DNA from: Verrucomicrobiota bacterium
Lineage (GTDB): Bacteria > Verrucomicrobiota > Verrucomicrobiia > Palsa-1439
NCBI GenBank assembly: GCA_037127585.1
Contig: JBAXYB010000002.1
Coordinates: forward strand, 3,701-67,700
Length of the DNA: 64,000 bases
Direction: 5' to 3'
The notes beneath the pieces are model-generated. The model ran no database searches, was not told the DNA's origin, and saw only the letters and a list, made by a program, of their open reading frames with translations. A program made the position numbers and the translations under genes. Below, piece by piece: positions 50,691-59,598 of this stretch; positions within the stretch are counted from its first letter, which is position 1, and every line of letters begins with the position of its first letter.

Positions 50691-51366
50691 CCAACGCGCG
50701 GAACAGCCGCCGGAACCGCGGCGCGACATGGATCAAGCGTTCGGGGTGAAATTGGACACCCCAAAAGAAACGCGCGGACTTGTGCTCGACCGCTTCGATC
50801 ACGCCATCCCCAGCTCGCGCGACGACGCGCAGTGGTCGCGCCACCGCATCAAGCGCCTGATGGTGCGACGTGTTGACCTTACCGGCGGCCGAACCGAGCA
50901 AGGTGCGCATCTGCGAATCAGCCGCCCACGTTATCGTCTGGCATAAAGCGTCGGGTTGTGGATTCCGGTGACCCGTGAGATCCGGTATCAGTGTGCCGCC
51001 GAGGGCGACGTTCATTACCTGAATCCCCCGGCAAATCCCCAAGACCGGCCAGTCGCGTTTCAGGGCGGCGCGGACCAGATAGATTTCCATTTCGTCGCGC
51101 TGTTCATCAACGCCGCTGATTTTCGCCGTTTGGCGAGGCGTGTAGAACTTGAAACTCACATCGCCACCACCGGCCAGCAGTAAGCCATCACAGTTTTTGA
51201 CGAAGTGGTTGAGGACGCTCCGGTCGTCGGTCAGCGGCAAGATCACCGGTATGCCGCCGGCCAGTTCGATGGCTTGCGAATACGAGATGCCGCAAAATGC
51301 GCCCCGGCCATCCTGCCGGGACGGCAAGCGAATCGCTTCGGGAGTGACCGCAATAACCGGCTTCAT
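50671..51366 (-). CDS. class I glutamine amidotransferase-like hydrolase (peptidase C26 / PuuD gamma-glutamyl-GABA hydrolase family)
   Basis: ORF 50671..51438. Start at Met25. Catalytic GICRG and HH..D region (VQFHPE). Confidence 0.75.
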   Translation of the reverse strand: MKPVIAVTPEAIRLPSRQDGRGAFCGISYSQAIELAGGIPVILPLTDDRSVLNHFVKNCDGLLLAGGGDVSFKFYTPRQTAKISGVDEQRDEMEIYLVRAALKRDWPVLGICRGIQVMNVALGGTLIPDLTGHRNPQPDALCQTITWAADSQMRTLLGSAAGKVNTSHHQALDAVARPLRVVARAGDGVIEAVEHKSARFFWGVQFHPERLIHVAPRFRRLFRALVSSSTR

Positions 51367-52211
51367 TCGCCTCGGGCGAGCAGGACCGGCACGCGGGCTT
51401 TGCGGAGAATGTGCGTCGTCGTCGAGCCGAGAATCCATTCCCGGATCCGGGTATGACCGTAGGCGCCCATCACGATCAAGTCCGCCGCGACTTCCATGGC
51501 GACTTGGAGAATCGCTTGTTCGGGATCGAGGTGGAGTAGTTGGGCGTGCGTTTTGAGGCCCCGCGCCAAGGCGAGTTCGCGGGCTTGGTTGAGAATGTTG
51601 GCCGAGCTTACTTCCTGCTCATGCGGGCCGGCGGTCACGATCGTCACGGCGGCTTCGAGCGCGACCGCGAGATTGAGTCCGCGATGCAGCGCCTTGGTGG
51701 ATTCGTCGCTGCCGTCGTGGGCGATTAACACGTTCCGTGTTTCCCGAAAAGTTTCCGGCGCGATCAAACACGGTTTCTTGGAAGCGCGCACCATGCGCTC
51801 GACGCTGGCCCCGAGCATGTCGCCGTGCCACTGGGCATGTTCGCCGCGTTGCCCGAGCACGACCAGATCGGCGCGCGGCTCGTACTCCAACAACGTATGC
51901 ACCAGACTGCCGGTCGCGTGGGCGACTTCGCACGCGACACCGTTATCGTGACAAAGCTGCGCCGCGGCGGCTAAAATCGTTTGGGCGCGGGTCGTCTGAA
52001 TCTCACGCACTTGGGACAGCAGCGCTGAGTACGGTTGGGCGCCGAGCGCGCCCGAGAGATCGGCGAGCCACGGACCTTCGAGCAGGCGGATATCCGTGAC
52101 ATGCAGCGCCAGGATGCGCGAGTGAAGTTTCTGCGCGAGCCAGACCGCGTGCCGGGCGGCACCATCGGCTCCCGGTGAGCCATCAATCCCTAAGAGAATA
52201 TTCTTAAACAT
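51363..52211 (-). CDS. universal stress protein, tandem USP domains
   Basis: ORF 51363..52349. Start at Met47 (MFKNILLGIDGS). Two UspA domains each with the G-x2-G-x9-G(S/T) ATP motif. Confidence 0.75.
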   Translation of the reverse strand: MFKNILLGIDGSPGADGAARHAVWLAQKLHSRILALHVTDIRLLEGPWLADLSGALGAQPYSALLSQVREIQTTRAQTILAAAAQLCHDNGVACEVAHATGSLVHTLLEYEPRADLVVLGQRGEHAQWHGDMLGASVERMVRASKKPCLIAPETFRETRNVLIAHDGSDESTKALHRGLNLAVALEAAVTIVTAGPHEQEVSSANILNQARELALARGLKTHAQLLHLDPEQAILQVAMEVAADLIVMGAYGHTRIREWILGSTTTHILRKARVPVLLARGE

Positions 52212-52351
52212 ACCAACTCCTTTCGTTTGACCTTCCCACGCAACATACGCCAAGCCACCACCCCCGGCCAGTGCAATGAATGACACAGTACAAAGCGCAC
52301 CGGGTAGTGATTCGGATTGCGAGGCGGCACACCTTCCGGTATAAGCCACGC

Positions 52352-53188
52352 ATGACTTCCCGCAGTATCGCGTTCGCGAACCAAAAAGGGGGCGTCGGCA
52401 AAACCACCACGGCAGTTAGCATGGCTGCGTGTCTCGCCGAACGCGGACAGCGCACGTTGCTCATCGACTTGGATCCACAGGCGAACGCCACCAGCGCCCT
52501 CGGCCTGGAGAAACTTACCGGCGGGAGTATCTATCAAGCGTTGCTGGGGCCGGCCGCGCTTGCGGATTCGATTCGTCCCAGCGGCATTGAACATCTCGAC
52601 GTCATTCCCAGCGAAGTTGATTTGGCTGTGGCCGAAGTGGATGTCGCGCGCACCGAAAACTACCTTCAGCGACTGCGCACCGCCGTGAACCCAATCCGGG
52701 CCCTGAACCGGTACGACTTTATTCTCATCGACTGCCCACCGTCGCTCGGCATCCTGACCATGAACGCCTTGGCGGCCGTTGACCGCGTGATTGTGCCTAT
52801 TCAATGCGAATACTTCGCGCTCGAAGGGTTGGCGGTCATCATGCGCGTCATCGGCCAGATCAAGACGAGCGGCGCGAATCCCGAACTCGACATCCTCGGC
52901 GTGATCATGACGATGTACGATGGCCGGACGAATCTGGCGCAGCAAGTGGTTGGCGAAGTCCGCCGGCATCTGGGCGATAAAGTTTTTAAGACGCTCGTGC
53001 CGCGCACGGTCCGGTTGGCCGAAGCGCCCAGTTTCGGCAAACCGATCAACATCTATGATTCCGGCTCGTATGCGGCCGCGGTTTACCGGTCGTTGACGGA
53101 AGAATTGTTAGCGCGGAATGCGCCCCCGGCAGCCGCGCCGGTCGTCCCCCCAATAAAAAAAGCGGACGTTAAGCCCAGTTTGAAGTAG
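52352..53188 (+). CDS. parA: ParA/Soj-family partition ATPase (no parB follows)
   Basis: ORF 52280..53188. Start at Met25. Deviant Walker A KGGVGKTT. Ala/Pro-rich C-terminal tail. Confidence 0.85.
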   Translation: MTSRSIAFANQKGGVGKTTTAVSMAACLAERGQRTLLIDLDPQANATSALGLEKLTGGSIYQALLGPAALADSIRPSGIEHLDVIPSEVDLAVAEVDVARTENYLQRLRTAVNPIRALNRYDFILIDCPPSLGILTMNALAAVDRVIVPIQCEYFALEGLAVIMRVIGQIKTSGANPELDILGVIMTMYDGRTNLAQQVVGEVRRHLGDKVFKTLVPRTVRLAEAPSFGKPINIYDSGSYAAAVYRSLTEELLARNAPPAAAPVVPPIKKADVKPSLK

Positions 53189-53197
53189 GCGGGAAAC

Positions 53198-53218
53198 TGG
53201 TGCAGCCGGAGGATTCGA
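53198..53218. repeat. degenerate direct repeat of the tRNA-Arg 3' end (TGGTGCAGCCGGAGGATTCGA vs TGGTGCGGCCGGCGGGAGTCGA at 54235-54255): putative attR-like remnant
   Basis: 17 of 22 positions identical to the tRNA 3' end in the same orientation, ~1.04 kb away; the intervening DNA is low-GC. Confidence 0.45.
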
Positions 53219-53435
53219 CGCAGTCTCAACACGGCGAACAGAGACGTGGCCTCGGACCGCCCCTAAAAAACCCGGAGGGAGATTCTCACCACCGCCCCTC
53301 GTCGCCGCCCGCAGCAAGGAAACCCGCCGGACACCTACCGGACTGCGTAAATCATCGGCAGTACCGCCTTGCTGTGCACCCGCAACCGGTTCTGGAGCAT
53401 TGCCAACGGACATAACCCGGCGTTAGCATAAAGCT

Positions 53436-54044
53436 ATGAGCGCATCCAATCGCCAGAAGAAGATCCTCGCTTTTTTCAAAGTTCCTTTTTCTCCAAAAAT
53501 TTCCGTCGGTGCCGCAGGGTGGGAGATTGCCGAACTAATGGAGGACGACGCATGTCGCGAACGATGGCGTCGCTACCTTTATCTGACAAAAGACTTTGGT
53601 TCCACCTCCGACCAATTGATTCCGGTCAGTGAGAAAGAAATTGAGGCAGTAACTATTCCTGAGGGGTGGAGTTCTTCGGAGGCAATCAAAGAATTTCAGA
53701 GTGAGGTAGTCGCTCAAGAGCTAGTTGACCACTCGCCATTTGACCAGCCGCAGCCGGTTGTTGAGTTTCCGCACCGTAGTTTCATTTTCACAGGCAAATT
53801 CGCTTTTGGTTCCCGTAATGCTTGCCAAGCAGCTGTGATTGAACGCGGCGCGTTCGCGCCAGACCAGAAATCCATAACGCACGAAATTAACTATCTAGTT
53901 ATCGGCGCGGAGGGAAGCAAGGCGTGGAAGCGCGGTTCATACGGCAACAAGATTGAGGCAGCAATTCTGGCTCGCCGTGAATACGGCTCGCCTGCGATTA
54001 TTTCCGAGAAGCATTGGACCGCATCTCTAACAAGAACATCCTAA
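53436..54044 (+). CDS. BRCT-domain protein (C-terminal BRCT, N-terminal domain unknown), low-GC gene
   Basis: 202 aa. C-terminal FIFTGKFAFGSRNACQAAVIERGAFAPDQKSITHEINYLVIGAEGSKAWKRG ... AIISEKHW aligns with the LigA-type BRCT pattern. By eye ~48-50 % GC. Confidence 0.6.
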   Translation: MSASNRQKKILAFFKVPFSPKISVGAAGWEIAELMEDDACRERWRRYLYLTKDFGSTSDQLIPVSEKEIEAVTIPEGWSSSEAIKEFQSEVVAQELVDHSPFDQPQPVVEFPHRSFIFTGKFAFGSRNACQAAVIERGAFAPDQKSITHEINYLVIGAEGSKAWKRGSYGNKIEAAILARREYGSPAIISEKHWTASLTRTS

Positions 54045-54234
54045 GCCAGCCTCCACCACCGGCACCCTGAGCCGCCGGCCCGGGGCTTGAGCAAGCCACC
54101 ACTGGGGCGATAATCCCGGGCGCAGGACTTTGGGTGATAACTTGGGTGATAACTCGGTTTTTGCGCATTTGGGGAGCGTCGCGACTGCTTGGGCGCAGTT
54201 CGCACAAGTTGCTTACTGGCAGGACTAAATCGAG

Positions 54235-54311
54235 TGGTGCGGCCGGCGGGAGTCGAACCCACAACCTTTGCCTTCGGAGGGCAACGCTCTATCCAGTTGA
54301 GCTACGGCCGC
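54235..54311 (-). tRNA. tRNA-Arg (anticodon CCG), 77 nt, with encoded CCA
   Basis: Minus-strand sequence GCGGCCGTAGCTCAACTGGATAGAGCGTTGCCCTCCGAAGGCAAAGGTTGTGGGTTCGACTCCCGCCGGCCGCACCA folds as a cloverleaf (7-bp acceptor, D, anticodon stem TTGCC/GGCAA with loop CTCCGAA, T-arm GTGGG/CCCGC). Confidence 0.9.
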
Positions 54312-54405
54312 ACTTGTCAAACGCGGCGCACTCTAGCGGCGCCCGCGCCGCTGTTCAACCTCGAAAAAAGTGCGGCAAGTTTGGGGCGCTACTGGACGCT
54401 GTTAC

Positions 54406-54477
54406 TGTGGGAGCGCCCTTCCGGGCGCGATTTGCTCGAATGACCAACCCGGTCGCGCCCGGAAGGGCGCTCCCACA
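54406..54477. repeat. palindromic element family 2 copy 3 (TGTGGGAGCGCCCTTCCGGGCGCGA ... TCGCGCCCGGAAGGGCGCTCCCACA)
   Basis: 25-nt perfectly complementary arms and a 22-nt loop, between tRNA-Arg and rph. Confidence 0.7.
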
Positions 54478-54578
54478 ACTGGCCAGCCGGATTTTGATGG
54501 TGGTGTCAAAAGGCCCAAGCTAGGGATCGACCCAGAAATAACTTGCCGCTACTCGGCGCGCCGGTCATCCTTCGCGCC

Positions 54579-55301
54579 ATGAAACGTTTTGATGGTCGCT
54601 TGGTGGATCAACTGCGGACACTGAAAATCCAGCCGAATTATCTCGCCACGCCGGCCGGCTCGGTGCTCATCGAAATGGGGAAGACACGCGTCATCTGCGC
54701 CGCGTCGATCGAGGACGGGGTGCCGCGGTGGATGAAGGAACAGAAGGTCGTCGGCGGGTGGGTGACGGCGGAGTATTCGATGTTGCCCTATTCGACTTCG
54801 CCCCGGAAATCCCGGGAAGTCGCCAAGGGCAAGGTCGAGGGGCGGACGCAGGAGATTCAGCGGCTCATCGGCCGGTCCATACGGGCGGTGACGGATATGA
54901 CGAAGCTCGGGGAGCGAACGGTGTGGGTCGATTGCGATGTGCTCGAAGCCGATGGCGGGACGCGGACGGCGTCGATTACCGGGGCGTATGTGGCGATGCA
55001 GTTGGCGATGCAGAAGTTGATGGCGCTGAGTTTGGTGAAGGAGAATCCGGTCACGGCGGCGGTGGCGGCGGTGAGCGTGGGAGTGATCGAGGGGACGCCG
55101 TTGTTGGATTTGAATTATGTCGAGGACGTGGCGGCGGCGGTGGACATGAATGTGGTGATGACGGATGCCGGGCGGTTTGTGGAGGTGCAGGGGACGGGCG
55201 AGGAGTCAACGTTCAGCCGGGAGGAGTTGAACGAATTGCTCCGGTTGGGCGAGCGCGGGATTCAGGAGTTGCTCGCGGCGCAGCAGCAGGCGCTGAAGTA
55301 A
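54579..55301 (+). CDS. rph: ribonuclease PH
   Basis: ORF 54543..55301. Start at MKRFDGR. RNase PH conserved motifs ([17 protein letters not shown] ... [18 protein letters not shown]). Confidence 0.9.
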   Translation: MKRFDGRLVDQLRTLKIQPNYLATPAGSVLIEMGKTRVICAASIEDGVPRWMKEQKVVGGWVTAEYSMLPYSTSPRKSREVAKGKVEGRTQEIQRLIGRSIRAVTDMTKLGERTVWVDCDVLEADGGTRTASITGAYVAMQLAMQKLMALSLVKENPVTAAVAAVSVGVIEGTPLLDLNYVEDVAAAVDMNVVMTDAGRFVEVQGTGEESTFSREELNELLRLGERGIQELLAAQQQALK

Positions 55302-55310
55302 AAACACCAT

Positions 55311-55337
55311 CGCGGCTCACAGAGCCGCGGCTACACC
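55311..55337. repeat. palindromic element family 1, single unit (CGCGGCTC-ACA-GAGCCGCG-GCTACACC); possible bidirectional terminator between convergent rph and trxA
   Basis: Same architecture as CGCGCTTC-ACA-GAAGCGCG-GCTACAACC at 45659-45686, with compensatory stem substitutions. On the minus strand the hairpin is followed by ATGGTGTTTTT. Confidence 0.55.
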
Positions 55338-55343
55338 GGCTGG

Positions 55344-55676
55344 TTAGCCGATGTGGGCGGCTAACTTCTTTTCGAGGTCTTTCTTGCCGACCATGCCGAC
55401 GAGTTGCTCTTTCACGACGCCGCCTTTGAAGATGAGCAGGGTCGGGATTGCGCGCACGTTGAACTTGGTCGCGAGATCTTGATTTTCGTCGACGTTAATC
55501 TTGGCAATTTTGACCTTGCCGACTTTTTCGTCGGCGATTTCGTCGAGGACCGGCGCGATGGCTTTGCAGGGGCCGCACCATTCCGCCCAGAAATCCACAA
55601 GGACCGGCACGGTGGACTTCACGACTTCTTGATCGAAATTACTGCCGCTGATTGTGACAATATTGGCGCTGGCCAT
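55344..55676 (-). CDS. trxA: thioredoxin
   Basis: 110 aa with a WCGPC active site. Confidence 0.9.
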   Translation of the reverse strand: MASANIVTISGSNFDQEVVKSTVPVLVDFWAEWCGPCKAIAPVLDEIADEKVGKVKIAKINVDENQDLATKFNVRAIPTLLIFKGGVVKEQLVGMVGKKDLEKKLAAHIG

Positions 55677-55736
55677 AAAAGGGTCTCCAGTTGGTTGATC
55701 GGTTAGATGCCGTTCGGTGTGGAACGGTTCAAAATT

Positions 55737-56231
55737 CTATTGGACTTGGCCTAATGAGAATAGGTAGCCGGCCACCGCCAGCGCCACAAGCATCGCGGCA
55801 ATGGCCAAGCCGACGTCGATGCCACTGATGGTTGCGGCTGCGGCCACCGGGCGAGCGGCCGGTGCAGGAGCCACGGTTGGGGCCGCGGCCGCCGGAGTCG
55901 CTGACGAAATTTGGGACGTGCCTTCTTCGCGCTTGAGTTTGACGGTCGGGCGCGGGGTTTCGGGCAGACCGGGCTTGGCGGCCGGCACTTGCACGCGCGA
56001 GGTGTCTTTCTTTGGCTTTGGTGTGGCCACGGGCATGCCCATGACGGCGGTCTCTTTCTTGGATTCGTCGTCAGTCGGGGCCGCGCCGGGCGCGGTGGCG
56101 GCTTTCAACCGGACGGTAGGCGTCGGTGAGCCAGCCGGTTTGACGGTCCCGGCTTGCGGTAAGTTAATGCGGACGGTGTCCTTCTTGGAATCGTCGTCAG
56201 GAACATTTTGAATCGGTTGCTCGTCAGCCAT
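55737..56231 (-). CDS. tail-anchored repetitive Pro/Lys/Thr-rich protein
   Basis: 164 aa. Internal repeats (SKKDTVRINLP / SKKETAVMGMP / KKDTSRVQVP; PTPTVRLK / PRPTVKLK). Single C-terminal TM. Confidence 0.45.
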   Translation of the reverse strand: MADEQPIQNVPDDDSKKDTVRINLPQAGTVKPAGSPTPTVRLKAATAPGAAPTDDESKKETAVMGMPVATPKPKKDTSRVQVPAAKPGLPETPRPTVKLKREEGTSQISSATPAAAAPTVAPAPAARPVAAAATISGIDVGLAIAAMLVALAVAGYLFSLGQVQ

Positions 56232-56317
56232 GGGATATATCCTCCGAAGTGCGGCGGCAGAATACGCGGCGGCAGGGCGGGCGTCAACTTCTTTGACGGT
56301 ATCCCGAAATGACCGGC

Positions 56318-57589
56318 TCAGGCTTTTTTGACGCAGCAGTGCAGGATGTCGTAGGGCTTGATGTCTTTGAGTTGTGGGCCGGTAACGAGATAGATGCTAT
56401 CGGTCAGCCGTTCGACGCTGCGGTGGTAGTCCCACCGGAGCATCGCGGTGTGTTGGACGACGAACCGCGGATCGTCATCCCGGAAACACGAGACGCAACT
56501 CGGGTCCGGCAGGCCAACGAGGAATTGGTCGGCGCTGAGGTTGTGCGCGGTCGTCTCATAGAAATCGGCAAACATGATGAACGACGCCGCAAATGGATGA
56601 TCGACGTAGCTGATGGCGCGGGTTTCGCCTTCGTCATCGCGCAAGCCGCGCGGCGCGGTGGGCGGGATGGCGTAGAGGTTTTCCAGAAGGTCGTTGCGGA
56701 TGGCGGCGAGCGAATCAATGCCCCAGGATTTGAGGCGTTCGCCATTGACGCCGTAGTTGAACACGGTGCCTTGGATCACCGCCCCGAGCGCCAGGCCCGG
56801 CCAGAGTTTCAACCGATGCGCCGGTAACGCGCCGCTGCCGGTACGAAAAAGTTTCGGGAACAACAGCGGTTTGACCGATTTGAGGCAAGTGAGATCCGGC
56901 ACGTCGTCGCCGCAGTAGTCGAGCAAGCCCATGTGGGACTCGATCAATTCATCCATGCGCTCCGGCTCCTGGAGGTAGTGGTTGAAAAGATGTTCGAGCA
57001 GGATTGTCTGGCCGTCGGCAAGAGTCAGGGAGAGGCCGGTCGGGGGTTGGTTGACGAGTTGCGGGCGGTGCCGTTTCAACAAGCAGTAGTAATAATTTGT
57101 GAAACTATTGGCGTCGAGGTGATGGATATTGGTCAGCAAGAGGGAATTGATAATGCCGTCCAAATCCTCGTCATCCACTCCTGCATCGGTGCTCCGGCAC
57201 CGGTAGAGGCCGCGCACTTGCGTATCGCCCCGCGTGAACACCCACGCCCGCGTATGGCCAAAATCCGTCGCATGCGCCTCGTCCTTCGGTTCGATCCGCG
57301 TGTAGGTCGTGTACGCGAAATTCATGTAATCGCGACTGCGGCGTTGAATGTGAGGCTCGCCGATTTGCGCCCAGGTGCGGCGTTCGGCTTCGGTCAACGT
57401 GCGGAGCGTTTTCTCGGGGCGCAATTCGTCCACATTCGGCTGGTCAAATTCGTACGCCTCAATTTTGAGATAGCCGCCCGTGGTGAGGCTCGCCAAACTC
57501 ACGTGTTGCGAGCCTTCATGCGTCAGCGGTAACCACCCCTCGGGGTAGTCCAGCGTATAAAGGCTCTCGGGATCGCTGTATTCAGGCAT
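56318..57589 (-). CDS. hypothetical protein (423 aa, soluble)
   Basis: Long ORF with protein-like composition and a 3-periodic codon pattern. No domain recognised. Confidence 0.5.
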   Translation of the reverse strand: MPEYSDPESLYTLDYPEGWLPLTHEGSQHVSLASLTTGGYLKIEAYEFDQPNVDELRPEKTLRTLTEAERRTWAQIGEPHIQRRSRDYMNFAYTTYTRIEPKDEAHATDFGHTRAWVFTRGDTQVRGLYRCRSTDAGVDDEDLDGIINSLLLTNIHHLDANSFTNYYYCLLKRHRPQLVNQPPTGLSLTLADGQTILLEHLFNHYLQEPERMDELIESHMGLLDYCGDDVPDLTCLKSVKPLLFPKLFRTGSGALPAHRLKLWPGLALGAVIQGTVFNYGVNGERLKSWGIDSLAAIRNDLLENLYAIPPTAPRGLRDDEGETRAISYVDHPFAASFIMFADFYETTAHNLSADQFLVGLPDPSCVSCFRDDDPRFVVQHTAMLRWDYHRSVERLTDSIYLVTGPQLKDIKPYDILHCCVKKA

Positions 57590-57648
57590 GCCAACCCTTT
57601 AAGCAGAAGCCTTGCCAGCCCGATTTCGATGCGCTACTTTGCCCGCCT

Positions 57649-58197
57649 ATGAGCAAGATCATCCGTGGTCGGGCCTACGTGGTTCGCGACAATATTGACA
57701 CTGACCAAATCATCCCGGCCCAATATCTGGCACTGGTGCCGACGATTCCCGACGAATACGAAAAACTCGGCAGCTACGCGTTGTGTGGCCTCCCCAAAGA
57801 CCAATACCCGACTCCCTACGTTGCCGCCGGTACCACAAAGACCACGTACCCAATTGTCATTGCGGGTCGCAATTTTGGTTGTGGCAGCTCCCGCGAACAC
57901 GCGCCCATCGCGCTCGGGGCGACCGGTTGCACCGCCGTAGTCTCGGAAGGATTTGCCCGGATCTTCTTTCGCAATTGCGTGGCGACCGGCGAACTCTACC
58001 CCGTCGAAAGCACCCAACGCCTGTGCGATTTGGTGCAGACCGGTGACGAAGTTGAACTCGATCTCGATGCCAACACAGTCACGCTCCTCAAGTCCGGCCA
58101 GGTAGTGGCCACGAAACCACTCGGCGATGCACGGCCCGTCATTGATGTCGGCGGCATTTTCGAGTACGCCCGCGCCACCGGGATGATCAAGCGCTAG
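57649..58197 (+). CDS. leuD: 3-isopropylmalate dehydratase / homoaconitase small subunit (short archaeal-type LeuD)
   Basis: 182 aa. YVVRDNIDTDQIIP ... GRNFGCGSSREHAP are the aconitase swivel-domain signatures. Confidence 0.85.
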   Translation: MSKIIRGRAYVVRDNIDTDQIIPAQYLALVPTIPDEYEKLGSYALCGLPKDQYPTPYVAAGTTKTTYPIVIAGRNFGCGSSREHAPIALGATGCTAVVSEGFARIFFRNCVATGELYPVESTQRLCDLVQTGDEVELDLDANTVTLLKSGQVVATKPLGDARPVIDVGGIFEYARATGMIKR

Positions 58198-58201
58198 CCG
58201 C

Positions 58202-59251
58202 TTACCGGCCCATCAGCCGGTGGACGAGCCACACGCCCACCACCGCGACCCCGGCAAGGATCATCCAGTACTTGTCCCACCACGATGCCGTGTCCTGTAA
58301 AATATCCGTGGACACCGGCGCCCCATCACTCGCCGCCGCGACAGCCGGTGCAGCGGGCGTGAGCCGGCGGTTTATCTCCGCCAGTTGGGCGCGCATCTTC
58401 TCCACCTGCGGGCGCAACTTCTTCAATTGCGATTCAGCGGCCGTCAATTCAGTTTGGGCGCGCAACCGATTGCTGCTTTCGACCCCGAGTTTGCCGTCAC
58501 CGGGAGACGGATTGGCCTTCGCCGGCTTCGCCGAGCCCTGCGCTCTCTCCAACCGGTGTTGCGCGGCGGCGAGTTCGGGCTCGAGTTGCTCGAGCTGCGG
58601 CTGCAAGACGACCCGCCACGCCGTCAACGCCTCCGTCGCTTGCCGGTTGGCGAGGGCTTCCGTCACCCCGCTGGGACGCAGCGCGAGCAAGGCGTCGTAA
58701 GCGCGCACGGCCTGCGGCCATTGTTTGGCTGCGAACGCGTCGTTTCCTTGTTTCATCAAGGTCTGGATATTGTCGCGCAGTTGCCGCTTCTCGCGTTCCT
58801 CCTTCGTGAGCCACGTGCCGTCGACTTTGACCATGCCGGCAGCGACCTTCTGGCGCTCTGCTTGCCACTGCGCGAGCCGGTCAGTGACCTCTTGTTCGTA
58901 CGACGAACCGGGATAGGTCGTCAGGAAGTTTTGCAATTCGCCAATCGCTTTATCATAGGCCACCACCGAAGCACTCGTGTCCGGATCCGGTCCAGTTTTG
59001 GCCAACGTCTGGTACGCCCGCTGCATGGCCACGACTCGCTTTTGTTCCGGGGTCCACCGCGCGAAAGTGGTCACGGTCGATTTGGGGATGACCTGGTTCT
59101 GCAAAATCGTGCCGCCAGCGATGGCCACCTCGATGGTGAGGTTGGACTCGGTCTCGCCGACGATGGTTCCTTCCACCGTCTTGCCGTCGTGGAGTTGGAT
59201 CGTGTCCGCCGACACGGTGGCCACCAACACGAATAGCCAACGCCACTTCAT
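58202..59251 (-). CDS. hypothetical secreted coiled-coil protein with C-terminal TM anchor
   Basis: 349 aa. N-terminal signal peptide, long Ala/Gln/Leu-rich coiled coil, C-terminal hydrophobic helix. Confidence 0.5.
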   Translation of the reverse strand: MKWRWLFVLVATVSADTIQLHDGKTVEGTIVGETESNLTIEVAIAGGTILQNQVIPKSTVTTFARWTPEQKRVVAMQRAYQTLAKTGPDPDTSASVVAYDKAIGELQNFLTTYPGSSYEQEVTDRLAQWQAERQKVAAGMVKVDGTWLTKEEREKRQLRDNIQTLMKQGNDAFAAKQWPQAVRAYDALLALRPSGVTEALANRQATEALTAWRVVLQPQLEQLEPELAAAQHRLERAQGSAKPAKANPSPGDGKLGVESSNRLRAQTELTAAESQLKKLRPQVEKMRAQLAEINRRLTPAAPAVAAASDGAPVSTDILQDTASWWDKYWMILAGVAVVGVWLVHRLMGR

Positions 59252-59598
59252 CGTTGCGTCCGGTAAATCTCGATCGCCACGTACTGCGAGCCGGGAATGC
59301 TGAATTTCTTCACTTCGACCGTTACCGCCACCGCGAGGCGCTTTTGCAGAATCGCCCCGGCAATTTCGTCGGCCACCGCTTCCACTAATTTGCGCGGCCG
59401 TTGCGCCACGACTTGTTTAACGAGGTCCGTGACGACGTCGTAGCCGGTGGTGGACGCTTCCATGTCGGTGCGGCCGGCCTCAGCGAGATCGCGTTCCATG
59501 ATCACCGTGACCAAGAGCCGTTGCGTGTGGGCCCGTTCGGCCGCCGTTACGCCGATGTTGGTTTGGACTTCTAAATCCTTGATTGTGATTTTATCCAT
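59248..59598 (-). CDS. folB: dihydroneopterin aldolase
   Basis: 116 aa. IKDLEVQTNIGVTAAERAHTQRLLVTV is the FolB N-terminal signature. Confidence 0.85.
   Translation of the reverse strand: MDKITIKDLEVQTNIGVTAAERAHTQRLLVTVIMERDLAEAGRTDMEASTTGYDVVTDLVKQVVAQRPRKLVEAVADEIAGAILQKRLAVAVTVEVKKFSIPGSQYVAIEIYRTQR

Noticed and set aside
52190-52969. 259-aa minus-strand ORF antisense to parA
   Set aside because: Antisense to a gene with an unambiguous ParA Walker box; His/Arg-rich composition artefact.
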